NCBI GenBank assembly: GCA_934546985.1
Contig: CAKTEE010000001.1
Span: 174,116-238,115 of the forward strand
Direction of reading: 5' to 3'
Source of the DNA: an uncultured Eubacteriales bacterium
GTDB lineage: Bacteria > Bacillota > Clostridia > Oscillospirales > Acutalibacteraceae
Length of the DNA stretch: 64,000 nucleotides
This document shows positions 48,230 through 57,109 of this stretch, in pieces; position 1 is the stretch's first letter; every line of letters begins with the position of its first letter. The translations under genes and the position numbers were made by a program. Below the pieces are notes generated by a model, which saw nothing but the letters and a program-made list of their open reading frames with translations, was not told the origin of the DNA and ran no database searches.

Positions 48230-49141
48230 ATGGATAACACAATTCATATTAACCCAAAATCCGAGTCAGGCCGCAAGGTTGGCAAAATTGTCGGTGCAGT
48301 AATTGGCATAGTAATAGTTTTGGTGGTTATTGCAAACTGTTTTACCGTTGTGCCAGGCGGCAGTACCGGTGTTGTTGTAACCCTTGGTAAAATCAGCGAT
48401 ACCGTTTTGCAGGAAGGCCTGCATTTTAAAGTTCCGTTTGTACAGCAGATAAATAAAATCAGTAATAAAATTCAGGTAGTTGAAGTGGATGCGGCGGCAG
48501 TTTCCAAAGACTTGCAAACGGTTTCCAGCACAATAGCTGTAAACTTCCGTATTGGCTATGAATCCAGTGCGAATGTATTTAAAAATATCGGTGCGCATTA
48601 TGATCAGGTGGTTCTGCTTCCTGCCGTTCAGGAAAGCATGAAATCTGTCAGTGCAAAATATACTGCGGAGGAGCTTATTACTAAGCGTGCTCAGGTAGGG
48701 CAGGAAATTAAAGAAGCATTGGAAAACAAGGTTGGAAGCTATGGTATTGTAATTGAAAATTTCAACATTGTTAATTTTGATTTTACGGATGAATTTAACA
48801 AAGCGATTGAGGCAAAACAGGTTGCCGAACAAAACCTGATTAAAACTAAAACAGAACAGGAACAGGCGATTGTTGTTGCAGAAGCAAATGCAAAGCAGCA
48901 GATTATTGCAGCACAGGCAGAGGCAGAAGCAATTGCGGCAAAAGCCAAAGCACAGGCAGAAGCAAATAACTTGATTAGCCAATCATTAAATCCGAATTTG
49001 ATTGAATATGAAAAAGTCAATAAATGGGATGGTCAGCTCCCGCAGGTCAGCGGTAGCAGCAGTCCGATTATTGATATGCGCGGCAGTGCTTCCGCCCAAA
49101 ACAGTACAGCAAATTCCGGTTCAGAAACAACAGGACAGTAA
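48230..49141 (+). CDS. SPFH/Band-7 (prohibitin/HflC-like) membrane protein
   Basis: N-terminal TM, SPFH core (TVVPGGSTGVVVTLGKIS...LHFKVPFVQQI) and an A/E-rich coiled-coil tail. Confidence 0.8.
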   Translation: MDNTIHINPKSESGRKVGKIVGAVIGIVIVLVVIANCFTVVPGGSTGVVVTLGKISDTVLQEGLHFKVPFVQQINKISNKIQVVEVDAAAVSKDLQTVSSTIAVNFRIGYESSANVFKNIGAHYDQVVLLPAVQESMKSVSAKYTAEELITKRAQVGQEIKEALENKVGSYGIVIENFNIVNFDFTDEFNKAIEAKQVAEQNLIKTKTEQEQAIVVAEANAKQQIIAAQAEAEAIAAKAKAQAEANNLISQSLNPNLIEYEKVNKWDGQLPQVSGSSSPIIDMRGSASAQNSTANSGSETTGQ

Positions 49142-49154
49142 TGCGGTAATTGAA

Positions 49155-49186
49155 AGACAGGAAGGCATAATGCTTTCCTGTCTTTG
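49155..49186 (+). terminator. Intrinsic terminator after the SPFH gene
   Basis: AAGACAGGAAGGC-ataat-GCTTTCCTGTCTTT followed by GCCGTTTTATTTT. Confidence 0.75.
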
Positions 49187-49461
49187 CCGTTTTATTTTGT
49201 AGGAATAACATTATTTGAAAGATACGGTAAAAAATAGAAAAAATGATTAAATGGTCTGGAATGGGTTATGGTTGTGATGATCGTATTTTGCATTATCATG
49301 GCAGTTGCTGAAGAGTGAACTTTGCAGTGTCATACATTTGGAAGTGTATCGGCACAGGTTCTATTACGATTGAGCAGGCAAATTTTTCTTGCCTTTGCAG
49401 ATGTTTTATCGTAATATTAAACTTATAATGCATTTTAACAAATTTTAAAGGAGGCAGTTTT

Positions 49462-50064
49462 ATGCTGTTACAATTGGAAAAGCCGCAGGTGGGCGATACC
49501 GTAGCGGTTATGAAAACATCTATGGGGGATATTTCTATCCGATTATTTCCAGAAGTAGCCCCACTTGCAGTTGAAAATTTTATAACGCATGCGAAAAACG
49601 GTTATTATGACGGTTTAATTTTTCATCGAGTGATTCAGGATTTTATGATTCAGGGAGGAGACCCGACGGGAACCGGCTGTGGTGGTGAAAGCATTTGGAA
49701 TAAGTCTTTTCAGGATGAATTTGATTTATATGCACGTAATTACCGCGGCGCGCTTTCCATGGCAAATGCAGGACCTGGTACAAATGGGAGTCAATTTTTT
49801 ATTGTTCAGGCGTCAGAAGTTCCTGCCAATATGATTGCACAAATGCAGCGAATGACAAAAGAAGACGGGTATCCGGAAGAAGTCACAGAAAATTATAAAT
49901 CCCTTGGCGGGACGCCGTGGCTGGATTTTAAGCATACGGTTTTCGGTCAGGTTTTTGACGGTATGGATATTGTAGACGCGATTGCTGGTGTAAAAGTCGG
50001 CGCAGGTGACAAACCGGTGGAGGATGTTGTGATAAAAGAAATTACGGTTTCCGTTATACAGTAA
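49462..50064 (+). CDS. ppiB: Cyclophilin-type peptidyl-prolyl cis-trans isomerase (cytoplasmic)
   Basis: [19 protein letters not shown] and [19 protein letters not shown] motifs. Confidence 0.9.
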   Translation: MLLQLEKPQVGDTVAVMKTSMGDISIRLFPEVAPLAVENFITHAKNGYYDGLIFHRVIQDFMIQGGDPTGTGCGGESIWNKSFQDEFDLYARNYRGALSMANAGPGTNGSQFFIVQASEVPANMIAQMQRMTKEDGYPEEVTENYKSLGGTPWLDFKHTVFGQVFDGMDIVDAIAGVKVGAGDKPVEDVVIKEITVSVIQ

Positions 50065-50076
50065 GGAGGGAATATT

Positions 50077-50871
50077 TTGCGCAAGATTTTAGCAGTTTGT
50101 TTTAGTGTATTGTTAGTCATCGGTTCTTTATCCCTTTCAGGCTGCGGAAAAAACAATGCGGACAATCTATCAGAAAAAAATACTTCCGGCAGCAGTGAAA
50201 GTACGACAGGAAATTCATTGGGTGAGAGTGCGTATGACAGTCCCTATCATCAGTTAGAAAAGCCGGCTGTTGGTGATGAAGTTGCTGTAATTCATACAAA
50301 TATGGGAGATATTACTGTCCGTTTTTTCCCGGAAGCGGCACCGAAAACAGTTGAGAATTTTAAGGGGCTGGCAAAAAAGGGTGCGTTGAATAATCAGTCT
50401 TTTTACCGTGTGATTAATAATTTTATGATTCAGGGCGGCAATAAAAGTGATTTGAACAGTATTTGGGGCGGTTCCTTTGAAGATGAATTTGACCCAAATC
50501 TTATGAATATCCGCGGTGCATTATCTATGGCAAACAGCGGTGCAAATACGAACGGCAGTCAGTTTTTTATTGTTCAGGCAGGAACTTCTTCTTTCAACGG
50601 TTGGGAATATTATGAGAAGAATAAAGAAGGCGCTGTGTACGATTATGACAGCTGGACGGATGAACAGAAAAAGATTTATGAAGAAAACGGCGGCACACCT
50701 TGGCTGGACGGCGGACATCGGAAAGACGGTGCAGGGCATACGGTTTTTGGTCAGGTGATCAGCGGAATGGACGTAGTAGATAAAATTGCGGCAGTTCCCA
50801 CGAACAGCAATGATATGCCAATACAGGCGGTGACAATACAAAGCGTTGAATTGATTGTTTATCAAGGCTGA
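50077..50871 (+). CDS. Cyclophilin-type PPIase, lipoprotein paralog
   Basis: Lipobox LSLSGCG. FYRVINNFMIQGGN and [19 protein letters not shown] motifs. TTG start. Confidence 0.85.
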   Translation: MRKILAVCFSVLLVIGSLSLSGCGKNNADNLSEKNTSGSSESTTGNSLGESAYDSPYHQLEKPAVGDEVAVIHTNMGDITVRFFPEAAPKTVENFKGLAKKGALNNQSFYRVINNFMIQGGNKSDLNSIWGGSFEDEFDPNLMNIRGALSMANSGANTNGSQFFIVQAGTSSFNGWEYYEKNKEGAVYDYDSWTDEQKKIYEENGGTPWLDGGHRKDGAGHTVFGQVISGMDVVDKIAAVPTNSNDMPIQAVTIQSVELIVYQG

Positions 50872-50969
50872 AAATAAAATAACTCCCTTTCTGCATTTTC
50901 AGCGAGTTGCAGAGAGGGAATTTTTATGTTTAAAGTAAACACAAGTTGTACTTATAGTTGTTTTTACAA

Positions 50970-51006
50970 AACGAAAGCCAGCGCCTCAAAAACGCTGGCT
51001 TTCGTT
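50970..51006. terminator. Palindromic terminator module AAAGCCAGCG/CGCTGGCTTT, copy 2 (between the PPIase gene and the DUF1540 small ORF)
   Basis: AACGAAAGCCAGCG-cctcaaaaa-CGCTGGCTTTCGTT. The arms are identical to the module at 44802-44830. Confidence 0.7.
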
Positions 51007-51093
51007 ACGGTCTTATAGACTGCTATTCATACCATCTCGTTCGTTTACGGAGTGGTTATAATCCAGTTTAAATAAACCGAATGGAATCTCAGG

Positions 51094-51273
51094 TTAGCAG
51101 CAGGAAGATTTTACTTCAAAGGATTTGCAGTCAGTGCATTCAGAAACGGTAGGATGAGTTTCGTGAGTACCTACCATAATGCTTTCCAAAGAGCAGTAAT
51201 CAGCGGTGTTGCAGTGATATTTACACTGCTGAACAGTACAGCCGATAGCTTTGTTTGCTTTACAATTATCCAT
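51094..51273 (-). CDS. DUF1540-like small Cys-rich protein (59 aa), not in the ORF track
   Basis: MDNCKANKAIGCTVQQCKYHCNTADYCSLESIMVGTHETHPTVSECTDCKSFEVKSSCC. SD AAGGAGG 8 nt upstream. Duplicated C-x-V/T-x2-C-x-YH-C type motif. Confidence 0.6.
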   Translation of the reverse strand: MDNCKANKAIGCTVQQCKYHCNTADYCSLESIMVGTHETHPTVSECTDCKSFEVKSSCC

Positions 51274-51445
51274 TTTGTTTAGCCTCCTTTAATAGATTGT
51301 TATTAGTCTGGTCTAATTTTTATCAATTATAACTGATGTGATGATTTTCTTTATTAAAATTTTATCTTTGGTTTTCTCCAAAATTTTCTGATGAAATGAC
51401 CGGAACAGGTAAAAATAAAATCAGAATGATTTGGGAGATGATGAA

Positions 51446-53050
51446 ATGCCGCGTAGAGTTATTGCATTTTTTACAGTGCTGTCCATTCTGATGGGCCTAT
51501 TGTGTTATCGTATTTATAATATCACACAAAGTGATTATGCACAGGCGCAGCGAAGCGGAAGTACTGTAACGCTTACAATAGATAAATCGCGGGGAGTTTT
51601 TTATGATTGCAATATGCAAAAATTAACCAATACACAGCAGCAGAATATTGCGGCGATTGTACCGACAACGCAGGCATTGGCCGCAATCCGCCGTTATTTT
51701 ACACCGGAGGATGTTACCAGCTTATTGCAAAGGCTTTCTAAAGGGAAACCAATTACAGCTCAGGTGGGTGATGATTTTTCTTCTGCAAGCGGGACAAATG
51801 TTTTTAAAATTACAAAACGCTATGAACAGCAGCAGTCAGCGGCGCATTTGATAGGGTATTTGGACAGCGGCAATGCCAGCGGAATTGCCGGGCTTGAAAA
51901 AGTCTATAATGATTGGCTGACGAAAGATCAGTCGGAACTGTCGATTACTTATGACGTTGATGCATCAGGCCGCGTTCTTACTGGAAATAAACCCGTGATA
52001 GAAAATGAAAATTATGAATCAAAACATGGCGTACAGCTTACGATTGATAAAAATATTCAAAAAATTGCAGAAAAAGCTTCAAAAAAAATTCCGGCTGGTG
52101 CAATTGTTGTTATGGAAGTAAAAACCGGAAAACTGCGGGCGGTAGTCAGTACCCCAAATTATGACCCGAATAATATCAGCGCCAGTTTGAATGAAGAAGG
52201 CTCTCCTTTTCTTAACAGGGCTTTTCGTGGATATAGTTTGGGTTCCATTTTTAAAATTGTAACTGCGGCTGCGGCATTAGAAAATAATATACAAATACAG
52301 GAGCCGTACACCTGTACCGGCAGTACCACAGCAGGCGGAAAAGAATTCCGCTGTTATCAGCAAAAAGCGCATGGTGAAGTAAGCATGGAAACAGCCTTGG
52401 AAAAATCATGCAATTCTTATTTTATCAATCTAGCATTGCAGATAGGAAGGGAAAAGTTACTGGCTCAGGCGCAGAAAATGGGGTTAGGGAAAGAGAATGT
52501 ATTGGCAGATGGGTTTACGTCTGCCGCAGGTATTCTTCCAGCGCTGGCTGAAATAGATTCTGACGCTGCCCTTGCTAATCTTGCGTTCGGTCAGGGTAAA
52601 CTTCTTGTTACTCCCTTGCAGGTTGCAGGCGTTCTTGCATCTATTGCAAACGACGGAAATTATACGGAACCTTCGCTGATAGAAGGTTTGATAGATGAAA
52701 ACGGGCAGATTGCGCAAAAAGAGCCGCAGAAGCAATCGGAAAGGATGATGTCACGCGCAACAGCCAGTATACTTTCCTGCTATCTGATTCATGCAATGGA
52801 GAGTAATTACAGCCGTATTGCCATGCCTGTATATGGAGGAGCAGGAGGAAAAACCGCTACCGCGCAAAGCGGTTGGATTCAGTACGGTGAGGAAATTCTG
52901 CATACATGGTTTGCAGGCTTTTATCCGGCCCAGAACCCCAAATATTCTATTGTTATTATGAATGAAAACGGCAAATTCGGCGCATCTGACTGCTGCCCTG
53001 TGTTTAAAGAAATTGTTGACGGTTTGTATCAGCAGAGTTATATAAAATAA
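51446..53050 (+). CDS. Class B penicillin-binding protein (PBP2/SpoVD-type transpeptidase)
   Basis: N-terminal TM. SxxK (GSIFK), SCN (EKSCNSYF) and KTG (GGKTATAQ) motifs. Confidence 0.85.
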   Translation: MPRRVIAFFTVLSILMGLLCYRIYNITQSDYAQAQRSGSTVTLTIDKSRGVFYDCNMQKLTNTQQQNIAAIVPTTQALAAIRRYFTPEDVTSLLQRLSKGKPITAQVGDDFSSASGTNVFKITKRYEQQQSAAHLIGYLDSGNASGIAGLEKVYNDWLTKDQSELSITYDVDASGRVLTGNKPVIENENYESKHGVQLTIDKNIQKIAEKASKKIPAGAIVVMEVKTGKLRAVVSTPNYDPNNISASLNEEGSPFLNRAFRGYSLGSIFKIVTAAAALENNIQIQEPYTCTGSTTAGGKEFRCYQQKAHGEVSMETALEKSCNSYFINLALQIGREKLLAQAQKMGLGKENVLADGFTSAAGILPALAEIDSDAALANLAFGQGKLLVTPLQVAGVLASIANDGNYTEPSLIEGLIDENGQIAQKEPQKQSERMMSRATASILSCYLIHAMESNYSRIAMPVYGGAGGKTATAQSGWIQYGEEILHTWFAGFYPAQNPKYSIVIMNENGKFGASDCCPVFKEIVDGLYQQSYIK

Positions 53051-53070
53051 AAAACGATTCGTCGTAAATC

Positions 53071-53350
53071 TTGACAAATACAGCCGTGTGGCTTATAATG
53101 CAATAGTAGATAGAAAAGGCGATGAGAGGAAGAAAACCGTAGCTGTGCCCAGAGAGAAAAGCTGTTTTGCTGCAAGGCTTTTTGCACTATTTGTTTCGGT
53201 TATGCCAACCTTGAGCCCCGCTGTGCTGAATGGCGGCGTAACTCCGCGTTAAGGGGAAAGAGTGGTGCTTTTTGCACAATTTGGGTGGTACCGCGGAGTA
53301 ATCCGTCCCATTTTGTACAAGGGGCATTTTTTGTTTGATTTTAATATTTA
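53071..53350 (+). promoter_or_regulatory. Promoter (TTGACA-17-TATAAT) plus T-box leader (Ala specifier likely) upstream of alaS
   Basis: Perfect sigma-A promoter at 53071-53099. AGAGA box. T-box motif AATTTGGGTGGTACCGCGGAG. GCC in the candidate specifier region. Weak terminator ending GGGGCATTTTTT. Confidence 0.75.
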
Positions 53351-53363
53351 GGATGTGTTGTTT

Positions 53364-55991
53364 ATGAAATGGACCGGACTGAATGAACTGCGAGAAAAAT
53401 ATCTCTCATTTTTTGAATCAAAAGGGCATTTGCGTCTGCCGAGCTTTCCGCTGATTCCCCAGAATGATAAAAGCCTGCTGTTAATTAACTCAGGCATGGC
53501 GCCGATGAAAAAATATTTTACAGGCGAGATTACTCCTCCAAGAAAGCGGGTTACTACCTGTCAAAAATGTATCCGTACACCGGATATCGAGCGTGTCGGT
53601 AAAACTGCGCGACATGGTACTTATTTTGAAATGCTGGGAAATTTCTCTTTTGGCGATTATTTTAAGCATGATGCAACCAAATGGGCATGGGAATTCTGTA
53701 CAGAGGTTTTGGAACTGCCGGTTGATAAGCTTTGGGTTACAATTTATGAAGATGATGACGAAGCAAGGGATATCTGGATTAAAGAACGCGGCGTAGCGCC
53801 GGATCATATCGTGCGTATGGGCAAGGAAGATAATTTCTGGGAACATGGTTCCGGCCCTTGTGGACCTTGTTCGGAGATTTATTTTGACCGCGGGCCGGAA
53901 AAAGGCTGCGGTTCGCCGGATTGCAAAGTGGGCTGTGAGTGCGACCGCTACGTGGAATTTTGGAATCTTGTATTTACACAGTTTGAAAGTGATGGAAAAG
54001 GCAATTATACCCCGTTGGAGCATCCGAATATTGATACCGGCATGGGGTTGGAGCGTCTTGCGTGTATTATGCAGGGGGTAGACAACCTTTTTGAAGTTGA
54101 TACTGTTCAGAATATTATGAAGCATATTTGTAAGATTGCCGGGATTAAGTACCATGAAGATGAGAAAAAAGATGTTTCTCTGCGTGTAATTACTGACCAT
54201 ATTCGCAGTACCACCATGATGATTGGCGACGGCGTTATGCCGTCCAATGAGGGCAGGGGATATGTCCTGCGCCGTTTACTGCGCCGTGCGGCACGTCACG
54301 GACGTTTGCTTGGGATTGACCGTCCCTTCCTATCCGAAGTGTGTGATACTGTTATTAAAGAGAATGAGTCCGCTTACCCCAACCTTGCAGAAAAGCGCGA
54401 TTTTATTAAAAAGCTGATTCAGGTAGAAGAAGAAAGTTTTAGCAAAACCATTGATACAGGGCTTCAGCTTTTGAATCAGATGATTGAAAATGCAGATTCT
54501 AAAATTCTTTCCGGTGAGGATGCGTTCAAGCTTAACGATACCTATGGTTTCCCGCTGGATTTAACAAAAGAAATTCTGGAAGAACGCGGCATGGAAGTTG
54601 ATGAGGAAGTTTTTGCCAAACTGATGCAGGAGCAGAAGCTCAGGGCAAAGAATGCACGCAAAAACGCTGGCGCCGATGCATGGGAAGGCTCCAAATCTCT
54701 GGTAGAACAAATGGAAACCACGGTGTTTACAGGCTATACGGACACCAAAGCGCGGGCGCGAATCCTTGCTGTTTTGCGTGATGGGGAAATGGCGGAATCT
54801 TTGGAAGATGGGGAAGAAGGAATCATTGTTCTTGACTGCACGCCATTTTATGCGCTCAGCGGCGGACAGGTTGGCGATACCGGCAGAATATTAGACGGCA
54901 GTATGGTATTTGCGGTTAGTGATACTACAAAAACACACAATGGCGTCATTATGCATTACGGAAAAATGAGTGGTTCTCTTCGTGTGGGAGATAATGTAAC
55001 TGCTGAGATTGATGTTGAACGCCGGGAAGCAATTAAACGGAACCATACAGCGGCCCATTTGCTGCAGGCGGCGTTGCGTCAGGTTCTTGGAACCCATGTA
55101 GAGCAGGCGGGTCAACTTGTTGACGATAAATTTGTCCGTTTTGATTTTACACATTTTTCTGCAATGACAAAAGAAGAAATGGGCAAAGTGGAAGCAATTG
55201 TAAATCAAGCAATTCTTTCAAATGCTTTGGTAAAAACGCAGGAAATGCCCATTGATGAAGCGCGTAAGCTTGGTGCCATGGCGTTATTTGGTGAAAAATA
55301 CGGAGATATTGTGCGCGTAGTACAGGTGGAAGGTTATTCCACAGAGCTTTGCGGCGGTACCCATGCAGAAAGCGCCGGAAAGCTGGGGTTATTTAAAATT
55401 GTTTCTGAATCTTCTGTTGCGGCGGGCGTACGCCGGATTGAAGGCGTGACAGGAACAAATCTTTTGGATTATTTAAACCGTAATCTTGCGTTGCTGTATG
55501 AAGCGTCAGATATTATGAAGCTTGGCAATCCGCAGGAAATTGTCCGCCGTGCTTCCCAGCTTGTTACAGAAGCGAAAGAGCAGGAAAAAGAGATTGAAAA
55601 TCTGCGCGGAAAAATTGCGGCGTCTAAAATTGACGGCCTGTTAAAAAATGCAGTTGCTGTTGGCAATGTACAAATTGTTACCGCAAGGTTTGATAATACG
55701 AATGCCGATGATGTAAGAAAAATGTGCGATACTGCAAAAGGCTATGCCGCTAACATGATTGCTGTACTTGCGTCTGTTCAGGGCGAAAAAGTAACATTTG
55801 CCGCCGCATGCGGAAAAGAGGCTGTAGCGTCAGGTGCGCATGCGGGCAATATTGTACGCAGTGTTGCAAAAATTGCCGGAGGTTCCGGCGGAGGACGTCC
55901 TGACAGTGCAATGGCAGGCGGCAAGGATTTATCAAAAACACAGGATGCTCTGGATGCTGTGACAGAAATTGTGCAAGGAATGTTAAAATAG
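53364..55991 (+). CDS. alaS: Alanine--tRNA ligase
   Basis: 876 aa. Class II aaRS core (FFESKGH, GNFSFGDYFK), editing domain and C-terminal DHHA1. AGGATG SD. Confidence 0.9.
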   Translation: MKWTGLNELREKYLSFFESKGHLRLPSFPLIPQNDKSLLLINSGMAPMKKYFTGEITPPRKRVTTCQKCIRTPDIERVGKTARHGTYFEMLGNFSFGDYFKHDATKWAWEFCTEVLELPVDKLWVTIYEDDDEARDIWIKERGVAPDHIVRMGKEDNFWEHGSGPCGPCSEIYFDRGPEKGCGSPDCKVGCECDRYVEFWNLVFTQFESDGKGNYTPLEHPNIDTGMGLERLACIMQGVDNLFEVDTVQNIMKHICKIAGIKYHEDEKKDVSLRVITDHIRSTTMMIGDGVMPSNEGRGYVLRRLLRRAARHGRLLGIDRPFLSEVCDTVIKENESAYPNLAEKRDFIKKLIQVEEESFSKTIDTGLQLLNQMIENADSKILSGEDAFKLNDTYGFPLDLTKEILEERGMEVDEEVFAKLMQEQKLRAKNARKNAGADAWEGSKSLVEQMETTVFTGYTDTKARARILAVLRDGEMAESLEDGEEGIIVLDCTPFYALSGGQVGDTGRILDGSMVFAVSDTTKTHNGVIMHYGKMSGSLRVGDNVTAEIDVERREAIKRNHTAAHLLQAALRQVLGTHVEQAGQLVDDKFVRFDFTHFSAMTKEEMGKVEAIVNQAILSNALVKTQEMPIDEARKLGAMALFGEKYGDIVRVVQVEGYSTELCGGTHAESAGKLGLFKIVSESSVAAGVRRIEGVTGTNLLDYLNRNLALLYEASDIMKLGNPQEIVRRASQLVTEAKEQEKEIENLRGKIAASKIDGLLKNAVAVGNVQIVTARFDNTNADDVRKMCDTAKGYAANMIAVLASVQGEKVTFAAACGKEAVASGAHAGNIVRSVAKIAGGSGGGRPDSAMAGGKDLSKTQDALDAVTEIVQGMLK

Positions 55992-56008
55992 AAGGAGGTA
56001 TTTCAGCT

Positions 56009-56350
56009 ATGGAAGATTGTCTTTTCTGCAAAATTATAAAAGGCGAAATCCCATCCAAAAAAGTATATGAGGATGATCAAGTATTTGCATTTTTTGATAT
56101 TGACCCTCAAGCGCCGGTGCATATTTTAATTATTCCCAAACGGCATATTGCATCTGCGGCGCAGATAGATAGGATGAACTCAGCGGTTGTTGCCCATATA
56201 TTTGAGGTGGCAGCAAAGCTTGCCGAGGAGTATAAACTGGAAGAAGGTTTCCGCATTGTGAATAATTGTGGAGATAGTGCAGGGCAAACAGTGAAACATC
56301 TGCATTTTCATCTCATGGGCGGCAGACAGTTTACTTGGCCTGCCGGTTAA
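56009..56350 (+). CDS. HIT-family (histidine triad) nucleotide hydrolase
   Basis: HxHxHxx motif (HLHFHLMGG). 113 aa. Confidence 0.85.
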   Translation: MEDCLFCKIIKGEIPSKKVYEDDQVFAFFDIDPQAPVHILIIPKRHIASAAQIDRMNSAVVAHIFEVAAKLAEEYKLEEGFRIVNNCGDSAGQTVKHLHFHLMGGRQFTWPAG

Positions 56351-56360
56351 AGTAAGCAAA

Positions 56361-56397
56361 AAGGTGTAACGCTTTATAGCTTTACACCTTTTTTAAT
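56361..56397 (+). terminator. Intrinsic terminator after the HIT gene
   Basis: AAAGGTGTAA-cgctttatagct-TTACACCTTTTTT. Confidence 0.7.
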
Positions 56398-56421
56398 GAA
56401 ATTTACATAAGGAGAGAAAAA

Positions 56422-56961
56422 ATGGAAAATTTTTATCGGATGAAAATTGCTGGGTTGGAACGTGATTTACCGCTCTGCAAAGTTAATGAAAATATGGATA
56501 TCGCAGCGTTTATTATGTTTAACGACGTTGAAATTACTTATGCCTGTGCAAAAGCACTGCTGGAAAAATGTCCGGATTTTGATGTTATCATTACAGCGGA
56601 AGCAAAAGGAATTCCCCTTGCTTATGAAATGGCAAGGCAATCCGGAAAGAATTATATTGTTGCACGTAAGGGCGCAAAGCTTTACATGAAAGATCCGGTT
56701 TTTGTCAGCGTCCGGTCCATTACAACCGACCATATGCAAACGCTTTTTCTGGATTCATCTGAACGCGAATTGCTGTGCGGCAAGAAAGTTCTGATTGTTG
56801 ATGACGTTATCAGCACAGGTGAATCATTGGAAGCATTGGTAAAATTGGTAACAGAATCCGGCGGCAATATTGCGGCCAAAGCGGCTGTTTTGGCAGAAGG
56901 CGATGCGGCGCAGAGAAAGGATATTCTTTTCCTTGAGCCATTGCCTCTGTTCTTTAAGTAA
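56422..56961 (+). CDS. Type I phosphoribosyltransferase-family protein (purine/adenine PRT-like)
   Basis: PRPP-binding motif KVLIVDDVISTGESL. 179 aa. Confidence 0.65.
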   Translation: MENFYRMKIAGLERDLPLCKVNENMDIAAFIMFNDVEITYACAKALLEKCPDFDVIITAEAKGIPLAYEMARQSGKNYIVARKGAKLYMKDPVFVSVRSITTDHMQTLFLDSSERELLCGKKVLIVDDVISTGESLEALVKLVTESGGNIAAKAAVLAEGDAAQRKDILFLEPLPLFFK

Positions 56962-57109
56962 AAATTTAAAAAAAGTGACGGTTGTAAGTTTTTATTTATT
57001 GGGCAGATGTCATTGCAAGAAAAATGTCCGAATTGGCAGTAGTACCCGTAAGTTTTTAAAACCATTATTGAGATATCTTTAGGAAAATTGACAGCATGGA
57101 TGTGAGAGA

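Noticed and set aside
48266-48982. 238-aa minus-strand ORF inside the SPFH gene
   Set aside because: It is antisense to a conserved SPFH CDS. Its product is Cys/Phe-rich low-complexity sequence with no SD.
53490-54200. 236-aa minus-strand ORF inside alaS
   Set aside because: It is antisense to the highly conserved alaS catalytic core.
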